DNA from: an uncultured delta proteobacterium
Lineage (GTDB): Bacteria; Desulfobacterota; Binatia; UBA9968
NCBI GenBank assembly: GCA_963755715.1
Contig: CAVWLW010000067.1
Coordinates: forward strand, 45,421 to 109,420
Length of the DNA stretch: 64,000 nt
Reading direction: 5' to 3'
Shown here: in pieces, positions 9,137 through 19,940 of the stretch
Layout: every line of letters starts with the position of its first letter
Position numbering within the stretch: position 1 is the first letter of the stretch
The notes under the pieces: generated by a model
Told to the model about the DNA's origin: nothing
Seen by the model: the letters and a program-made list of their open reading frames with translations, nothing else
The model's database searches: none
Position numbers and translations under genes: made by a program

Positions 9137-11101
9137 ATGCCGCTGGAAAATGCCGTCCCCCGGATCGACGACCGCAACTACGATAGCCTGATCGCCGAAG
9201 TGCGCACGCGGATCGCGCGCTATACGCCGGAGTGGACCCCGGTCTGGACCGACGTCAACGACAACGATCCGGGCATCACCCTGGCGCAGGTGTTTGCGTG
9301 GCTGGCGGAGATGCTCGCCTACCGCATGAACCTGGTGCCCGAGCTCAACTACATTAAATTTCTCCAACTGATCGGCATCGAGCTCAACGCGGCGGAACCG
9401 GCGCAAGCGGAAATCACTTTTCCCGTGCAAAGCGGGTTCGCCGATCCTTACGTGATCGTGCCGGAGCGCACCCAGCTGACGGCCGAAGCTCCGGACGGCG
9501 GACCGCCCATTACCTTTGAAACCGACCGCGCGCTGATCGCTGTGCGCGCGCAGCTCGCCGCGGTTCTGGCGTATGACGGCTACGCATACACCGCGGTGAC
9601 CGCCGATAATCAGGAAGCGGTCCAGGGCTTTCAACCTTTCGGTCCGATGGCCAATGACGACAGCGCGCTGCTGCTCGGGTTCGCCGATCCGGGTCCTTTC
9701 CCGGCGCTCGAGCTCAACCTGGCGATCTCGACCTTGCCGGACAATTCGGCGCCGGCCGCGTTTAAATGCGGCCTGCCCGATGGGCCCGGCTTCGCTTCCG
9801 CGACCTTGCGATGGGAATTCTGGAACGGCAGCGACTGGCAGAGGTTGAGCCTGCTCAAGGATGAGACCCGCGCGTTCACCCGTTCGGGTCACGTCTTTCT
9901 GAAAACGCCGAACAAGAGCCTGCAGCCGGTTGTCATCGCGCCTGAAACCAGCGCGCTCTATTGGATTCGCGCGCGCGTCGAGCGGAGTCAATACGAGCGT
10001 CCGCCGAAACTCCTGGCGATTCGCACCAACACGGTTGCCGTGCGCCAGGCTGAGACCGTCCGGGACGAGGTCCTCGGCGGCAGCAACGGCCGGCGGGATC
10101 AGGTGTTTCGCCTCGCCAGCGCGCCGGTGCTGCGCGATACCCTGCGGCTCGAAATCGACGAAGGTTCGGGTCCCGAGATATGGACTCGAGTCGATGATTT
10201 CTTCGGTTCCGGCCCGGCGGATCTGCACTATATGTTGAACCGCACCACCGGTGAAATCCGCTTCGGCGACGGGCGCAACGGGAATATTCCGGTCGCCAAC
10301 CCCGCCAACCCGGAAGGCAACATCGTCGCCCGCGAGTATCGCTTCGGCGGCGGCAAGCAGGGCAACGTTGCCGCCGGCGCGATCAAGACGCTGACGACGT
10401 CCATCGAGGGCATCGACGACAACGGCATCGCCAATCTGCTGCCCGCGGATAGCGGCCGCGACGAAGAAACGCTCGATGAAGCAAAAAAACGCGCGCCCCA
10501 CGCCCTCCGCAGCCGGTCCCGCGCGGTGACGGCCGAGGATTTTGAATTGCTGGCGATGGAGGCGAGCTCGATCAAACGCGCGAAGGCGTTGCCGCTCTAT
10601 CATCCGGATTTTCCCGGAGTGAAAGTCCCGGGTGTGGTGACGATCATCGTCGTGCCGGACGGCGACGGCCCATCGCCAACGCCGAGCGAAGGCACGTTGC
10701 GCAGCGTCTGCGCCTATCTCGATCAGCGGCGGCTGCTGACGACCGAACTCTACGTCGTCAAGCCGACCTACCAGCGGGTTCAAATCCGCGCCGAGATCAT
10801 CGTCAACGACGACGCCGATCTTGCGGAAGTCCAGGAAAATCTCGAACAGTCGCTGCTTGATTACTTTCATCCGCTGAAGGGAGGCGAAGACGGATTGGGT
10901 TGGCCCTTCGGCGGGACGATCTATTTCTCACGAGTCAACCAGCGTTGTTTTACGATTCCGGGAGTGCAGAGCGTGGCAAGTCTCGTGATCGTGCTCGATG
11001 GCGAAGAAATGCCGGCCTGCACCGACGTGATCATCAACGAAGCCGGGCTGCTGTTCGCCACCGAACATCAGATTCAGGTGAGCTACCGCTTCGAGTCTTG
11101 A
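9137..11101 (+). CDS. Baseplate J-like assembly protein (Afp11-like)
   Basis: IDDRNY...WTDVNDNDPGITL; IRFGDGRNGNIP; RAVTAEDFE; YFHPLKGG...GWPFG. Confidence 0.93.
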   Translation: MPLENAVPRIDDRNYDSLIAEVRTRIARYTPEWTPVWTDVNDNDPGITLAQVFAWLAEMLAYRMNLVPELNYIKFLQLIGIELNAAEPAQAEITFPVQSGFADPYVIVPERTQLTAEAPDGGPPITFETDRALIAVRAQLAAVLAYDGYAYTAVTADNQEAVQGFQPFGPMANDDSALLLGFADPGPFPALELNLAISTLPDNSAPAAFKCGLPDGPGFASATLRWEFWNGSDWQRLSLLKDETRAFTRSGHVFLKTPNKSLQPVVIAPETSALYWIRARVERSQYERPPKLLAIRTNTVAVRQAETVRDEVLGGSNGRRDQVFRLASAPVLRDTLRLEIDEGSGPEIWTRVDDFFGSGPADLHYMLNRTTGEIRFGDGRNGNIPVANPANPEGNIVAREYRFGGGKQGNVAAGAIKTLTTSIEGIDDNGIANLLPADSGRDEETLDEAKKRAPHALRSRSRAVTAEDFELLAMEASSIKRAKALPLYHPDFPGVKVPGVVTIIVVPDGDGPSPTPSEGTLRSVCAYLDQRRLLTTELYVVKPTYQRVQIRAEIIVNDDADLAEVQENLEQSLLDYFHPLKGGEDGLGWPFGGTIYFSRVNQRCFTIPGVQSVASLVIVLDGEEMPACTDVIINEAGLLFATEHQIQVSYRFES

Positions 11102-11106
11102 ATGCC

Positions 11107-13341
11107 ATGATGACTCTCGAACAATTGCCGCCGATTCCACGCCCGCCAAACGATCCGACGTCGTGGCTCCTCAACTGGCGCGTCGGTTGGCGTGCCGCCG
11201 AACTGCAACACCTGTCCGCGGAGCGATCGCTGGTGCTGGCTCCGGCGCCGGACACACAGCGTTCGCTGACAGAACCAAGCGGCAGCTTTGGCGGACTCAA
11301 GCCGCCGGGTAACGTCGCGTTAGGCCCCGACGGCAGTATCTATCTGCTCGATGCGGCCACCGCGCAGTTGAAACGCTTCGATCCCTGCGAATGCCGCTTC
11401 CAGCCGGTTCCCTGTCTGGGCGGCAGCGGCAGCGGGCCGCGGCAGTTGAAAAATCCCCATGGCGTCGCGATCTGCGCCGGCAATCTGTTTGTGTGCGATA
11501 CCGGCAATCATCGCTTGAGCGTGTTTGCTTTGCATGGATTCGTGCTGCGGGGATTCTGGCAGCCGCCGCCCGCCGCTTACAAAGGACCCAGTCCACATCT
11601 GGCAAATCCATGGGAACCGTTCGATCTCACTTTCGACCGGTTCGGGCGAGCGTACGTTACCGATGGGGCGAACGGCTGTATTCATCGTTTCACTCCGGCG
11701 GGGCAGTGGCAAAAATGTTTCCCGGGTTTCGGACCAGCGACCTGGATCGCCACGGACTGCCGCGACCGTACTTACGTCGTTGTCGCCGGCACGCCTGCAA
11801 CCGTTGTGAAAGTCGATGGTGACGGCAACGGCGTCGAGACCGGGCCGGCGGAGCCGGTGCCGGCATTTCCGGGTATGCCTTTTTCAGTGGATGCCGACGG
11901 CTTGCTCCATCTCGGCCCGTTATGCGCCGCCGTTTCGGCAACGAATTGTATAGGCGCGCAACCGGCGCCAAAGTGCCCGCCCGGTCAAAGCCCGGAGCGC
12001 GGTGTTTTCGACCGGCGCGGCAATCCGGTGGACTGTTTTGTCAGCAAGCCCGCGAGCTACGTGACCCAGGCGACCTATGTCAGCGCCGCGCTCGACAGCG
12101 AGCTCTATCGATGCCAATGGCACCGCATCATTTTGCGCGGCGAGATCCCCGCCGGCGCCCGCGTGGTGGTTTCAAGCTACACGGCGGAAGCGGAGTTGGC
12201 CGACGACGACATCCAGAATCTGGGCGACGTCTGGCAAACCAACCAGACGGCGACTGAAATGGTCGGCGGCGAGTGGGACTGCCTGGTGCGCAGCGGCGGC
12301 GGCCGTTTTCTCTGGCTGCGACTCGAATTTCGCGGCAACGGCAAGGTGACGCCCCGCCTCGACAGCATCGAGATCGAATTTCCGCGCATTAGTTTGCGGC
12401 GCTACCTGCCGGCGGTGTTCGGCAAAGAAGCCGTCAGCGCCGACTTCACGGATCGTTTTCTGAGCCTCTTCGATACCACTTTTCGCTCCATTGAAACCAA
12501 ACTGGATCGTGAAGCGCGGTATTTCGATCCGCTTTCGGCGCCCGCGGAACGCGACCCGAAAACCGGCGCGGATTTTCTCTCCTGGCTGGCATCGTGGATT
12601 GGTCTCATTCTCGACCGGCACTGGCCCGAGGCCAAACGCAGAAAGTTTTTCAAGCACGCCGGGCGCTTGTATGCACTGCGCGGCACGCGCCGGGGCTTGT
12701 GGCGCGAGCTGCTGCTGTTTCTCGACATGGACGGCGACCTGTGTTGCCGGACCGACCAGCCGCCTGATCGTTGCCAGCCGCGGCCCGCGAACTGCGCGCC
12801 GCCGAAACCGGCCGCATGCGGGTGGTGTCCGCCGCCGCTGATTCTCGAGCACTTCAAGTTGCGCCGCTGGCTCTTTCTCGGCGCCGGCCGCCTCGGCGAT
12901 CAGGCGGTGCTGTGGGGCAAACGGATCGTCAACCGCAGCCAGCTGGACGATACCGCCCGGGCGGATCGCACCCGATTGCTGACGGCGCAGGATCCGCTGC
13001 GCGACCCGTTTCATGTGTATGCTTACAAATTCAGCGTCTTTGTTCCGGCGTCTTTCCGCGCATCGGATACCGACCGCAAGGCGCTGGAAAATATTCTACG
13101 CAACGGCCGGCCGGCGGGGACCCTGGCGCAGCTCGAATACGTCGAGCCGCGCTTTCGCATCGGCTTTCAATCGATGATCGGTTTTGACAGCGTCGTCGGC
13201 CGTTATCCGGTCGGGGTAACTTTGAACGATATGCAGCTCGGCCGCGCCACGGTGTTGACGGCGCCGCCGCACAAACAGGGCGGACCGTCTCTGGCAATCG
13301 GCGAACAGTCACGCATCGGCACGACAACGCGATTGGAATAG
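11107..13341 (+). CDS. Phage tail protein I-like baseplate wedge protein with N-terminal NHL repeats
   Basis: NHL motifs (PHGVAI..GNLFVCDTGNHR; PFDLTFD..GRAYVTDG); C-terminal RYLPAVF...FTDRFLSLFD...FLSWLASW...LYALRGT. Confidence 0.82.
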   Translation: MMTLEQLPPIPRPPNDPTSWLLNWRVGWRAAELQHLSAERSLVLAPAPDTQRSLTEPSGSFGGLKPPGNVALGPDGSIYLLDAATAQLKRFDPCECRFQPVPCLGGSGSGPRQLKNPHGVAICAGNLFVCDTGNHRLSVFALHGFVLRGFWQPPPAAYKGPSPHLANPWEPFDLTFDRFGRAYVTDGANGCIHRFTPAGQWQKCFPGFGPATWIATDCRDRTYVVVAGTPATVVKVDGDGNGVETGPAEPVPAFPGMPFSVDADGLLHLGPLCAAVSATNCIGAQPAPKCPPGQSPERGVFDRRGNPVDCFVSKPASYVTQATYVSAALDSELYRCQWHRIILRGEIPAGARVVVSSYTAEAELADDDIQNLGDVWQTNQTATEMVGGEWDCLVRSGGGRFLWLRLEFRGNGKVTPRLDSIEIEFPRISLRRYLPAVFGKEAVSADFTDRFLSLFDTTFRSIETKLDREARYFDPLSAPAERDPKTGADFLSWLASWIGLILDRHWPEAKRRKFFKHAGRLYALRGTRRGLWRELLLFLDMDGDLCCRTDQPPDRCQPRPANCAPPKPAACGWCPPPLILEHFKLRRWLFLGAGRLGDQAVLWGKRIVNRSQLDDTARADRTRLLTAQDPLRDPFHVYAYKFSVFVPASFRASDTDRKALENILRNGRPAGTLAQLEYVEPRFRIGFQSMIGFDSVVGRYPVGVTLNDMQLGRATVLTAPPHKQGGPSLAIGEQSRIGTTTRLE

Positions 13342-13388
13342 AGGTGACGATCCGCGAGATCAGCGCAGCGTTCCACTAGGAGAGAATC

Positions 13389-15902
13389 ATGGTTCATTCA
13401 CACAATGGTAATGTCCACCAGCTTGCTTGCCCGGCCTGCGACTACGGGCCATTCACGCGCAACAATTATTTCACCGGCAAGCTCCTGGTCGAGCGGGATT
13501 TCACCGATGAAACCCGTTTCCACATGGAAAAGCTGCGCCACCACGAGCAGCTGCTGCACGGCTCGGGCGTGGTCTGCGGTCTGAAAGTCAAGCCGCATCC
13601 GAACGAAGCCTGCCGCGACCGCTTTGTCTGCGTGGAGCCCGGATCGGCGGTCGATTGCTGCGGCCATGACATCATCGTCGCCGAAGAAGAGTGCGTCGAC
13701 ATTACGCGCTTTGCGGAAATCAAAGCGCTGCAGAGCAACAACGACAAGGACTCGCATAGGTTGCAGATCTGCGTGCGCTTTCGCGAATGCCCGACTGAAG
13801 ATATTCCGGTGCTCTACGACGATTGCGGCTGTGACGATACCAAGTGCGCGCCCAATCGTATTCTCGAGTCTTACGAAATCGGCGTCATGATCGATCCGCC
13901 GGACCAGCCGGACTCCTTGCACACGCCGAAATTTAGCTGGGAGAACTCCATCGCCGTGGCCCACGCGGCTGCGGCTGTGCTGCACGATGCGTCGCATCGA
14001 CTGTATGTTCTGACCGCGGACGATCCCGCCACCGTCTATCAGATCAGTAGCGATAATCACGCGACGATCACCTCGCGGACCTTGCCGGCGAAGGTTCTTG
14101 CGCAGGCGGTTTCGAATGACGGCAAGCATCTCTACGTCGTCGTCGAGCCCACCACGCCGGCGACGCTGCGCCAGCTGCACGTGCTCGATACGACCCAGCC
14201 GGGCATGCCCGACTTTAATACGAATCCGCTCGACCTGCCCAATAGTACGGGCAGCGCCGTGGCGTTGGCCGTCGCGCCGAACGCGCGGTTGCTCGCGCTG
14301 GTGGCATCCAGCGGCGATGTTCTGCGCTGGCCTGCCGACCTCGACACGAACCCAGCTCCGGCTGCTCCGGACATCGTCAAGAATCTCGGCGCGGGCGTGG
14401 CCGGATTGACGCTGAGCAGCGACGGCAAGCTGGCTTTCGTGCTCGGACCGGGAAATCAGATTCAGGCGCTCGATCTGGCCGCCGCCACGGTGACTCCCAT
14501 AACCGTGCTGCCTGCCGCGGCGAAGCCTTCGTCCATGGCGCTGGTCAGCAGCACCGCGCCGGACATGCTCGCCGTGGCCGATCAAACCAATATGTTTGTT
14601 CACCTCGTTCAGCTGCCGCCGTCGGCGACGTTGATAGGCAGCGTCAAACTCGATCATCCGCCGGTCGGGCTCGTCGCCGCTGCAGGAGGACACTGGGCCT
14701 ACATCCTCGAAAGGGATACCGACAGCTTTATTCAATCGGTCAGCCTTGATGCGCTGGTGCAGCATCTCGCGGCGACACCGGGTGCAGCGTTCAAGATCGG
14801 CGACGACAGCCGGCAGATCGTCATGACCGCATCGGGCAAGCGTCTCTACATTCCGTACGTCGATGATATCGCCCAGCCTGCCGCCGGCGGCGTCGCGATC
14901 GTGGAAGTTACCGAAGGATCATGCGCGGAAATTCTCTGGCGTCATCTCGACGGCTGCCCGCATTGCGACCTGCCGGATTGCGTGGTGCTGGCGACCATTG
15001 AGAACTATCACCTCGGTGATCGTATTGAAGAACAAACCGATCCGCCCGCCGATCCGGCACAGGATGCCCAAGACAAAATCGCCCGCATCGACAATCGCAA
15101 GGGAAGACGGCTGCTGCCGAGCACGGAAGTTTTGACCGAGCTGGTGGAGTGTCTGCTCGAACACGGGGTCGGCGGAGCCGGGACTCAGGGTCTTCCCGGC
15201 ACGCCGGGCGCGAAGGGTGACAAAGGCGACAAGGGCGACAAAGGAGACAGCGTCACCGGGCCAGCCGGCGCCAAGGGAGATCCGGGGCCGGGGTTAGAGG
15301 AAGGGCTCACGAGAATCGAAGCGTTGAGCTGGACTCACAACATCGAACAGGTGGCCGCGCCGGGCACGGTAAATTCCTTCGCCGTGGAAGTGACGATGGT
15401 AACCGGCGCGAAGATTCCCGGACTGGTTATCGGCTTCACCGCCGACGTTCAGGTCAGCAAGTTTATCGATGCCGATCATGTGTTCCAGGTTCTCGTCGAT
15501 CACACCAACGCGGAGGATGCGCGGCGCGGTTTGGCCTGCCGCTGCGCGATTCGCGGCCGCACGATTCCGGTGAAGCTGAAGCTCGACGGGCAAGGCAAAA
15601 TCGTCGTGAATGCCGCCGGCCATATCGATACCGCTTCGGAGTTGCCGGCCGGCGACGCGCGCGGCGTCGCTTTTCTGCTGGATAACGAAAATTTCCCGAT
15701 CGCCGGCGAAATTCTCAACGGCAAGGTCAATGACCTGTGGATCCTCCTGCGCGGCGATTTCGTGCTCGACAGCAAGGGCAAGGCCGTCGATGCCGAATTC
15801 GCCCGCGCAGAGTTGCCGACCGGCGATCACCCCAATGGCAGCGTGTTCGGGGTTCAAGGCGGACTGTTCGAAAGCTGGTTCACGGTCAAAGCGCAGGGCT
15901 AG
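13389..15902 (+). CDS. eCIS fibre-like protein: anchor domain, beta-propeller-like insert, collagen-like G-X-Y stretch
   Basis: RNNYFTGKLLVERDF...GVVCGLKV...PGSAVDCCG; repeats LYV/LAVSxDG; GTQGLPGTPGAKGDKGDKGDKG. Confidence 0.75.
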   Translation: MVHSHNGNVHQLACPACDYGPFTRNNYFTGKLLVERDFTDETRFHMEKLRHHEQLLHGSGVVCGLKVKPHPNEACRDRFVCVEPGSAVDCCGHDIIVAEEECVDITRFAEIKALQSNNDKDSHRLQICVRFRECPTEDIPVLYDDCGCDDTKCAPNRILESYEIGVMIDPPDQPDSLHTPKFSWENSIAVAHAAAAVLHDASHRLYVLTADDPATVYQISSDNHATITSRTLPAKVLAQAVSNDGKHLYVVVEPTTPATLRQLHVLDTTQPGMPDFNTNPLDLPNSTGSAVALAVAPNARLLALVASSGDVLRWPADLDTNPAPAAPDIVKNLGAGVAGLTLSSDGKLAFVLGPGNQIQALDLAAATVTPITVLPAAAKPSSMALVSSTAPDMLAVADQTNMFVHLVQLPPSATLIGSVKLDHPPVGLVAAAGGHWAYILERDTDSFIQSVSLDALVQHLAATPGAAFKIGDDSRQIVMTASGKRLYIPYVDDIAQPAAGGVAIVEVTEGSCAEILWRHLDGCPHCDLPDCVVLATIENYHLGDRIEEQTDPPADPAQDAQDKIARIDNRKGRRLLPSTEVLTELVECLLEHGVGGAGTQGLPGTPGAKGDKGDKGDKGDSVTGPAGAKGDPGPGLEEGLTRIEALSWTHNIEQVAAPGTVNSFAVEVTMVTGAKIPGLVIGFTADVQVSKFIDADHVFQVLVDHTNAEDARRGLACRCAIRGRTIPVKLKLDGQGKIVVNAAGHIDTASELPAGDARGVAFLLDNENFPIAGEILNGKVNDLWILLRGDFVLDSKGKAVDAEFARAELPTGDHPNGSVFGVQGGLFESWFTVKAQG

Positions 15903-15973
15903 CGCCGGGAACTCAACGGCAAGACGTTTAGGAAGAGAATGGATTTCAGCGCACACAAGACTAGGAGTAAACC

Positions 15974-17671
15974 ATGGCACAAACTTTAATGACGGCGCCG
16001 GCAACTTCACGAATGAAAACATTGCAGCCGGTTTGCCCGGCTTGCGGAGGACTCGAATGCTTGTGCCGGCCGCGATTCTTCGCCGGCCAACTGTTGACCG
16101 AAGAGGATCTCAACCGCCTCGATCACTACATCGTCGAGAAAAACAAACTGCACAACCGCTACCTGCACGGTTGGGGCGTCGTCTGCGGCCTGGAAGTTTT
16201 TTGCCATCCCTGCGAAGGGCAGGTCACCGTCACGTCCGGCTATGCTCTGAGCCCGTGCGGCGATGACATCGTTTTGTGCGCCGACGATGTCGTCAACGTG
16301 TGCGATCTTATCCAGCGCTGCCGCGAGCGGGAGCGGCTGGATTGCGAACCGCCGCGCCCCGCCGCAAGCGCGGAATGCCAGGATGTCACGGAACAGTGGG
16401 TGTTGACGGTTTGCTTCACGGAAAAGGCCTCGCGCGGCGTGACGGCGTTGCGCGGCAGCAGCGAGGCTGCGTGCTGCTCGAGCTGCAGTTGCGGCGGCTC
16501 CGCCAGTTGCGGCTGCGGCTGTCAGGAAAGCGGCATCAGCCGAAAGCAGCCGGCTCCGCCGGCTCGGTCTGCGCGTTCGCTTTCGACCGATGCACGATCC
16601 GGCCGTGACCTCTGCGAGCCGACGGTCACCTGCGAAAGCCACTATTTCTCGCTCTACAAAGCATCGGCTGCCGATCCGAAACCGGGAGAGGCGCTCGGCG
16701 CGATGATTCAGCGCTTCGAGGCCTGTATGAAAGGTTTGTTCGATGCCGTGCCGCCGCTGCCGACGAGCATCGAGCAAGCGCAGGCATGGTGCTGTCAGCT
16801 GAAGCAGAACTTCATCGACTTCTTAACCGATCACCCGATCCACGACTGCCTCGCCTTGCAGAAACTTGCGCAGTTCGTTTGTCCCGCGCCGAGTCAGAAT
16901 CAGACGCCGGAACAATATTGGACCGCAGTGCTCACGCAGATAGCGCCGATTCTCGCCGAATATATTCGTTCGTGCGCGTGTTCGGCCCTGTTGCCTCCCT
17001 GCCCCGATCCGGCCGCCAGCAATTGCGTGCCGCTGGCAACGATTACGATTCGCAAGCGCGACTGCAAAATCATGCGGGTGTGCAACTGGAGCGTGCGCAA
17101 GTTCGTGACCACCTTTCCCAATCTGCAGTATTGGCTCTCCTTCCTGCCGTTCGTGCGCAGCCTGCGGCAGGCCATCGAGATCGGTTGCTGCCGGCCGTTT
17201 CCGTCGCTTGGCAGCGCCGGCCTCTCGGCGGGAACGCGATCGGATAGACGCTTTACCGCTTTCAGGAGAGCGGCGACGGCAATCAATCCAGAGCAGGAAT
17301 TTTCCCGAGTGCTGTTGGACGCAATCGGGAATCGCGACCGCACGATCGACGCGCAAACGCTCTTTCTCGGCGCGATGGAGTTTCAGGATGACAAAAATCG
17401 GCCGCTGATGACCGACGCCGAGCTGCGCAATCCGCTGCAGTTTTTACTCATCAATCAGCTCGCGCCGCCGCTGGTGAGAAATGCCGTCCCCGACGAAGAC
17501 GCCGAGCCATTGCAGACGCTGTTGGCGACGATCTCGCGCGTCCTGGGTTCGTCACAAGCCCCCACCGGCGAAGCGCAGACGCTCACCAGCCAGGTCGAGG
17601 AGCTAAAGCGCATGGTCGAGGATCAGCAGGCTCGCATCAGCGAGTTGCAGCAGCGCTTAGGCAACCGGTAA
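15974..17671 (+). CDS. Cys-rich eCIS fibre-like protein with same anchor domain and C-terminal coiled coil
   Basis: RPRFFAGQLLTEEDL...GWGVVCGLEV...GYALSPCG; RBS AGGAG. Confidence 0.75.
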   Translation: MAQTLMTAPATSRMKTLQPVCPACGGLECLCRPRFFAGQLLTEEDLNRLDHYIVEKNKLHNRYLHGWGVVCGLEVFCHPCEGQVTVTSGYALSPCGDDIVLCADDVVNVCDLIQRCRERERLDCEPPRPAASAECQDVTEQWVLTVCFTEKASRGVTALRGSSEAACCSSCSCGGSASCGCGCQESGISRKQPAPPARSARSLSTDARSGRDLCEPTVTCESHYFSLYKASAADPKPGEALGAMIQRFEACMKGLFDAVPPLPTSIEQAQAWCCQLKQNFIDFLTDHPIHDCLALQKLAQFVCPAPSQNQTPEQYWTAVLTQIAPILAEYIRSCACSALLPPCPDPAASNCVPLATITIRKRDCKIMRVCNWSVRKFVTTFPNLQYWLSFLPFVRSLRQAIEIGCCRPFPSLGSAGLSAGTRSDRRFTAFRRAATAINPEQEFSRVLLDAIGNRDRTIDAQTLFLGAMEFQDDKNRPLMTDAELRNPLQFLLINQLAPPLVRNAVPDEDAEPLQTLLATISRVLGSSQAPTGEAQTLTSQVEELKRMVEDQQARISELQQRLGNR

Positions 17672-17684
17672 ACGGAGGATCACC

Positions 17685-19940
17685 ATGGCGGCGAACCAGA
17701 CGCAGCGGCCGAAATTTTTTGAAGAGCAATACCTCGGCGCCGCCGATCTTACCGCGGTGGTCGATTACGGGCGCATCCAGCAGGCGCGCCACGCACTGGG
17801 CGCGCACACCTGGGGCATCGCCATCGGCTTGACGTTGAAAGAGACGCCCCAGGCCGGCGGCGCGGTGACCGTGCATGTGTTGCCGGGCTATGCCTGGGAC
17901 GGATACGGCCGCCCGATCGTCGTGCTCTCGCCCTATCAGATTCCCGAGGAGAGGTTCAGTGCAATCAAGTTCGATCCGAGCATCGATACGGACGGCAAGG
18001 GACGCTTGATTCCGGTGTGGCTCTGCTATGACGAAACCGCAACCCAGAGCCCGCGGCCCGGCTTCGAAGTGTGCGATGTGGCCGATCAACTGTCACGCAT
18101 TCAGGAAAGTTTCCGTATCGAAATCGGCGATCAGCCTGCGCCGGCGGATCGCTACTCGGGAGTGAATGTTGCGGCCAAAAATATTATCGATGCCGCGACC
18201 GCGTTACAGGCGTTCGATCCGGCTGCCCCGCTGGTGCGCGACGAGTCGATTGCGCAGCAGAATTTTCCCGATCCGCAAAATCGCGCGCGCTGGTTGATAC
18301 CGATCGGCTACGTGCGCTGGCTGCCGGTGCAGAATCAGGCCGGGCACTTCGTCGCGCGCGACGATAGCGGCGCGGGTGGGCTGCCCAAGGATTCGGATCA
18401 GATCCGCATCTTCCGCCGTTATGCCGGCGTGGTCGCCGAAGCCATCGAGGCGGCGGACGGCAGAATTCGTCTCAAGAACCGGGGCAACGGACTTCCAACC
18501 GTGCGCACGGATGAGCTGGTCTGGGTCGAAGGCGATCTGCGCATCGAAGGCGATCTGCGGCTTTTCAATCACAAGCTGGATTTCCGGGACAGCGGCGGCA
18601 GCGACAACGGCGCGCCGCTGGGGATCAATCGGGTGGACAGCGCCGGCGCGCGCTTGCAGGTCGTGATCGGTAAGGCGAGCGCCGGGGCGAATGGGTTCGC
18701 GGTCGGGCCGCTCGATGCCAGCGACAAGTTCAGCGCCAAGTTGACCGTGCGCGATGACGGCAAGGTCGGCATCGGCACCGCCACGCCGGCGCTCACCCTG
18801 GATGTCCAGGGCGATTTCGGCCGCACCGACGGGCCGGCCACCGGCTCACTTCTGGCAATCGCAGGTCGGCGACGTCGGCGGCGGCATTCTCTTTATACGC
18901 AGCGGCGGCGGCGTGGTGGCCTTCGACGGCAACGACGCCGTCGGCATCGGCACCGCGGCGCCGGTGGCCAAGCTGGAAGTCGCGGGAGACATCGCGCTGG
19001 AAAAAATTCCGCCGGGGACGGGCAGAGTGCTTCCCGCCGAAGCGACCCTGTGCTGGAACGACGGCACCTGGCTGCGCTTGAACCAGAACCTCGACTTCAG
19101 CAAGCCCGTCTTCGGCGTGCACACGCCCGGAGTGTTTGCGCCCGGTTCGCTCAACGTTGGTGGCGCAAACGGTTGGGGAGATCCCGGTTTCGGCAACGTG
19201 TGGGTGACGGGCCGGATCGGCATCGGCACCATCACGCCGCAAGCTTCGCTGCAAGTCGCCGGCGGCGCCATCATGCCCGCCGTCGGCAATGGTCCGACCG
19301 CGGGTATTCAGTTTCCGTCGGATCCCGGCGGCGGCGGCGGCGACGAAGCGTTTATCCGCTATTTCGTCCAGTCCGGAGAAACCACCAAACTGTTGATCGG
19401 CATCAACAACGATGCCGACGATAGCCTGGGTTTCCATCAGTTCGGCGGCGGAACGCATGACGATTCGCAATGCGAATGTCGGCATCGGCACGACCGCGCC
19501 GACCGACAAACTCCACGTGATCGGTGATCTGCGCATCACCGGAGTGGCGCGCAAGCCCGGCGGCGGCTCCTGGACCAGCTCTTCCGACATGCGCCTGAAG
19601 AAAAAGCTCAGCCGCGCTGACGCATGCGCTCGAGCGGCTGCTGGAATTGCGCGGCGTGCAGTTCGAGTGGAAAGAGCCGGAGAAGATGGGAAACCTGTCC
19701 GGGCCGCAAACCGGACTGATCGCCCAGGAAGTCGAGAAGGTGTTCCCCGAATGGGTGAGCTCGGATCCGGAGGGCTACAAAGAACTGACCATCAGAGGAT
19801 TCGAAGCGCTGGCCATCGAAGCGCTGCGCGAACTGAAGAACGAGATCGAGGAGATGAAAAAACGGCTCGCCAAAATCGAAGCCGGAAGCGCGGCGCCGCG
19901 TCAGCGCGCTAAGAAGGAAGCCAGGGAGAAATCGTCATGA
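17685..19940 (+). CDS. Tail fibre protein with C-terminal peptidase S74 intramolecular chaperone (frameshifted)
   Basis: RPKFFEEQYLGAADL anchor; four V/IGIGT..P repeats; SSDMRLKK cleavage motif; LRGVQFEWK...GLIAQEVEKVFPEWV; joins ORFs 17685, 18754, 19412, 19647. Confidence 0.85.

Noticed and set aside
8690-10870. Long antisense ORFs (726 aa here; also 13398-14765, 37734-38843 and others)
   Set aside because: Shadow frames of high-GC coding genes with no recognisable motifs
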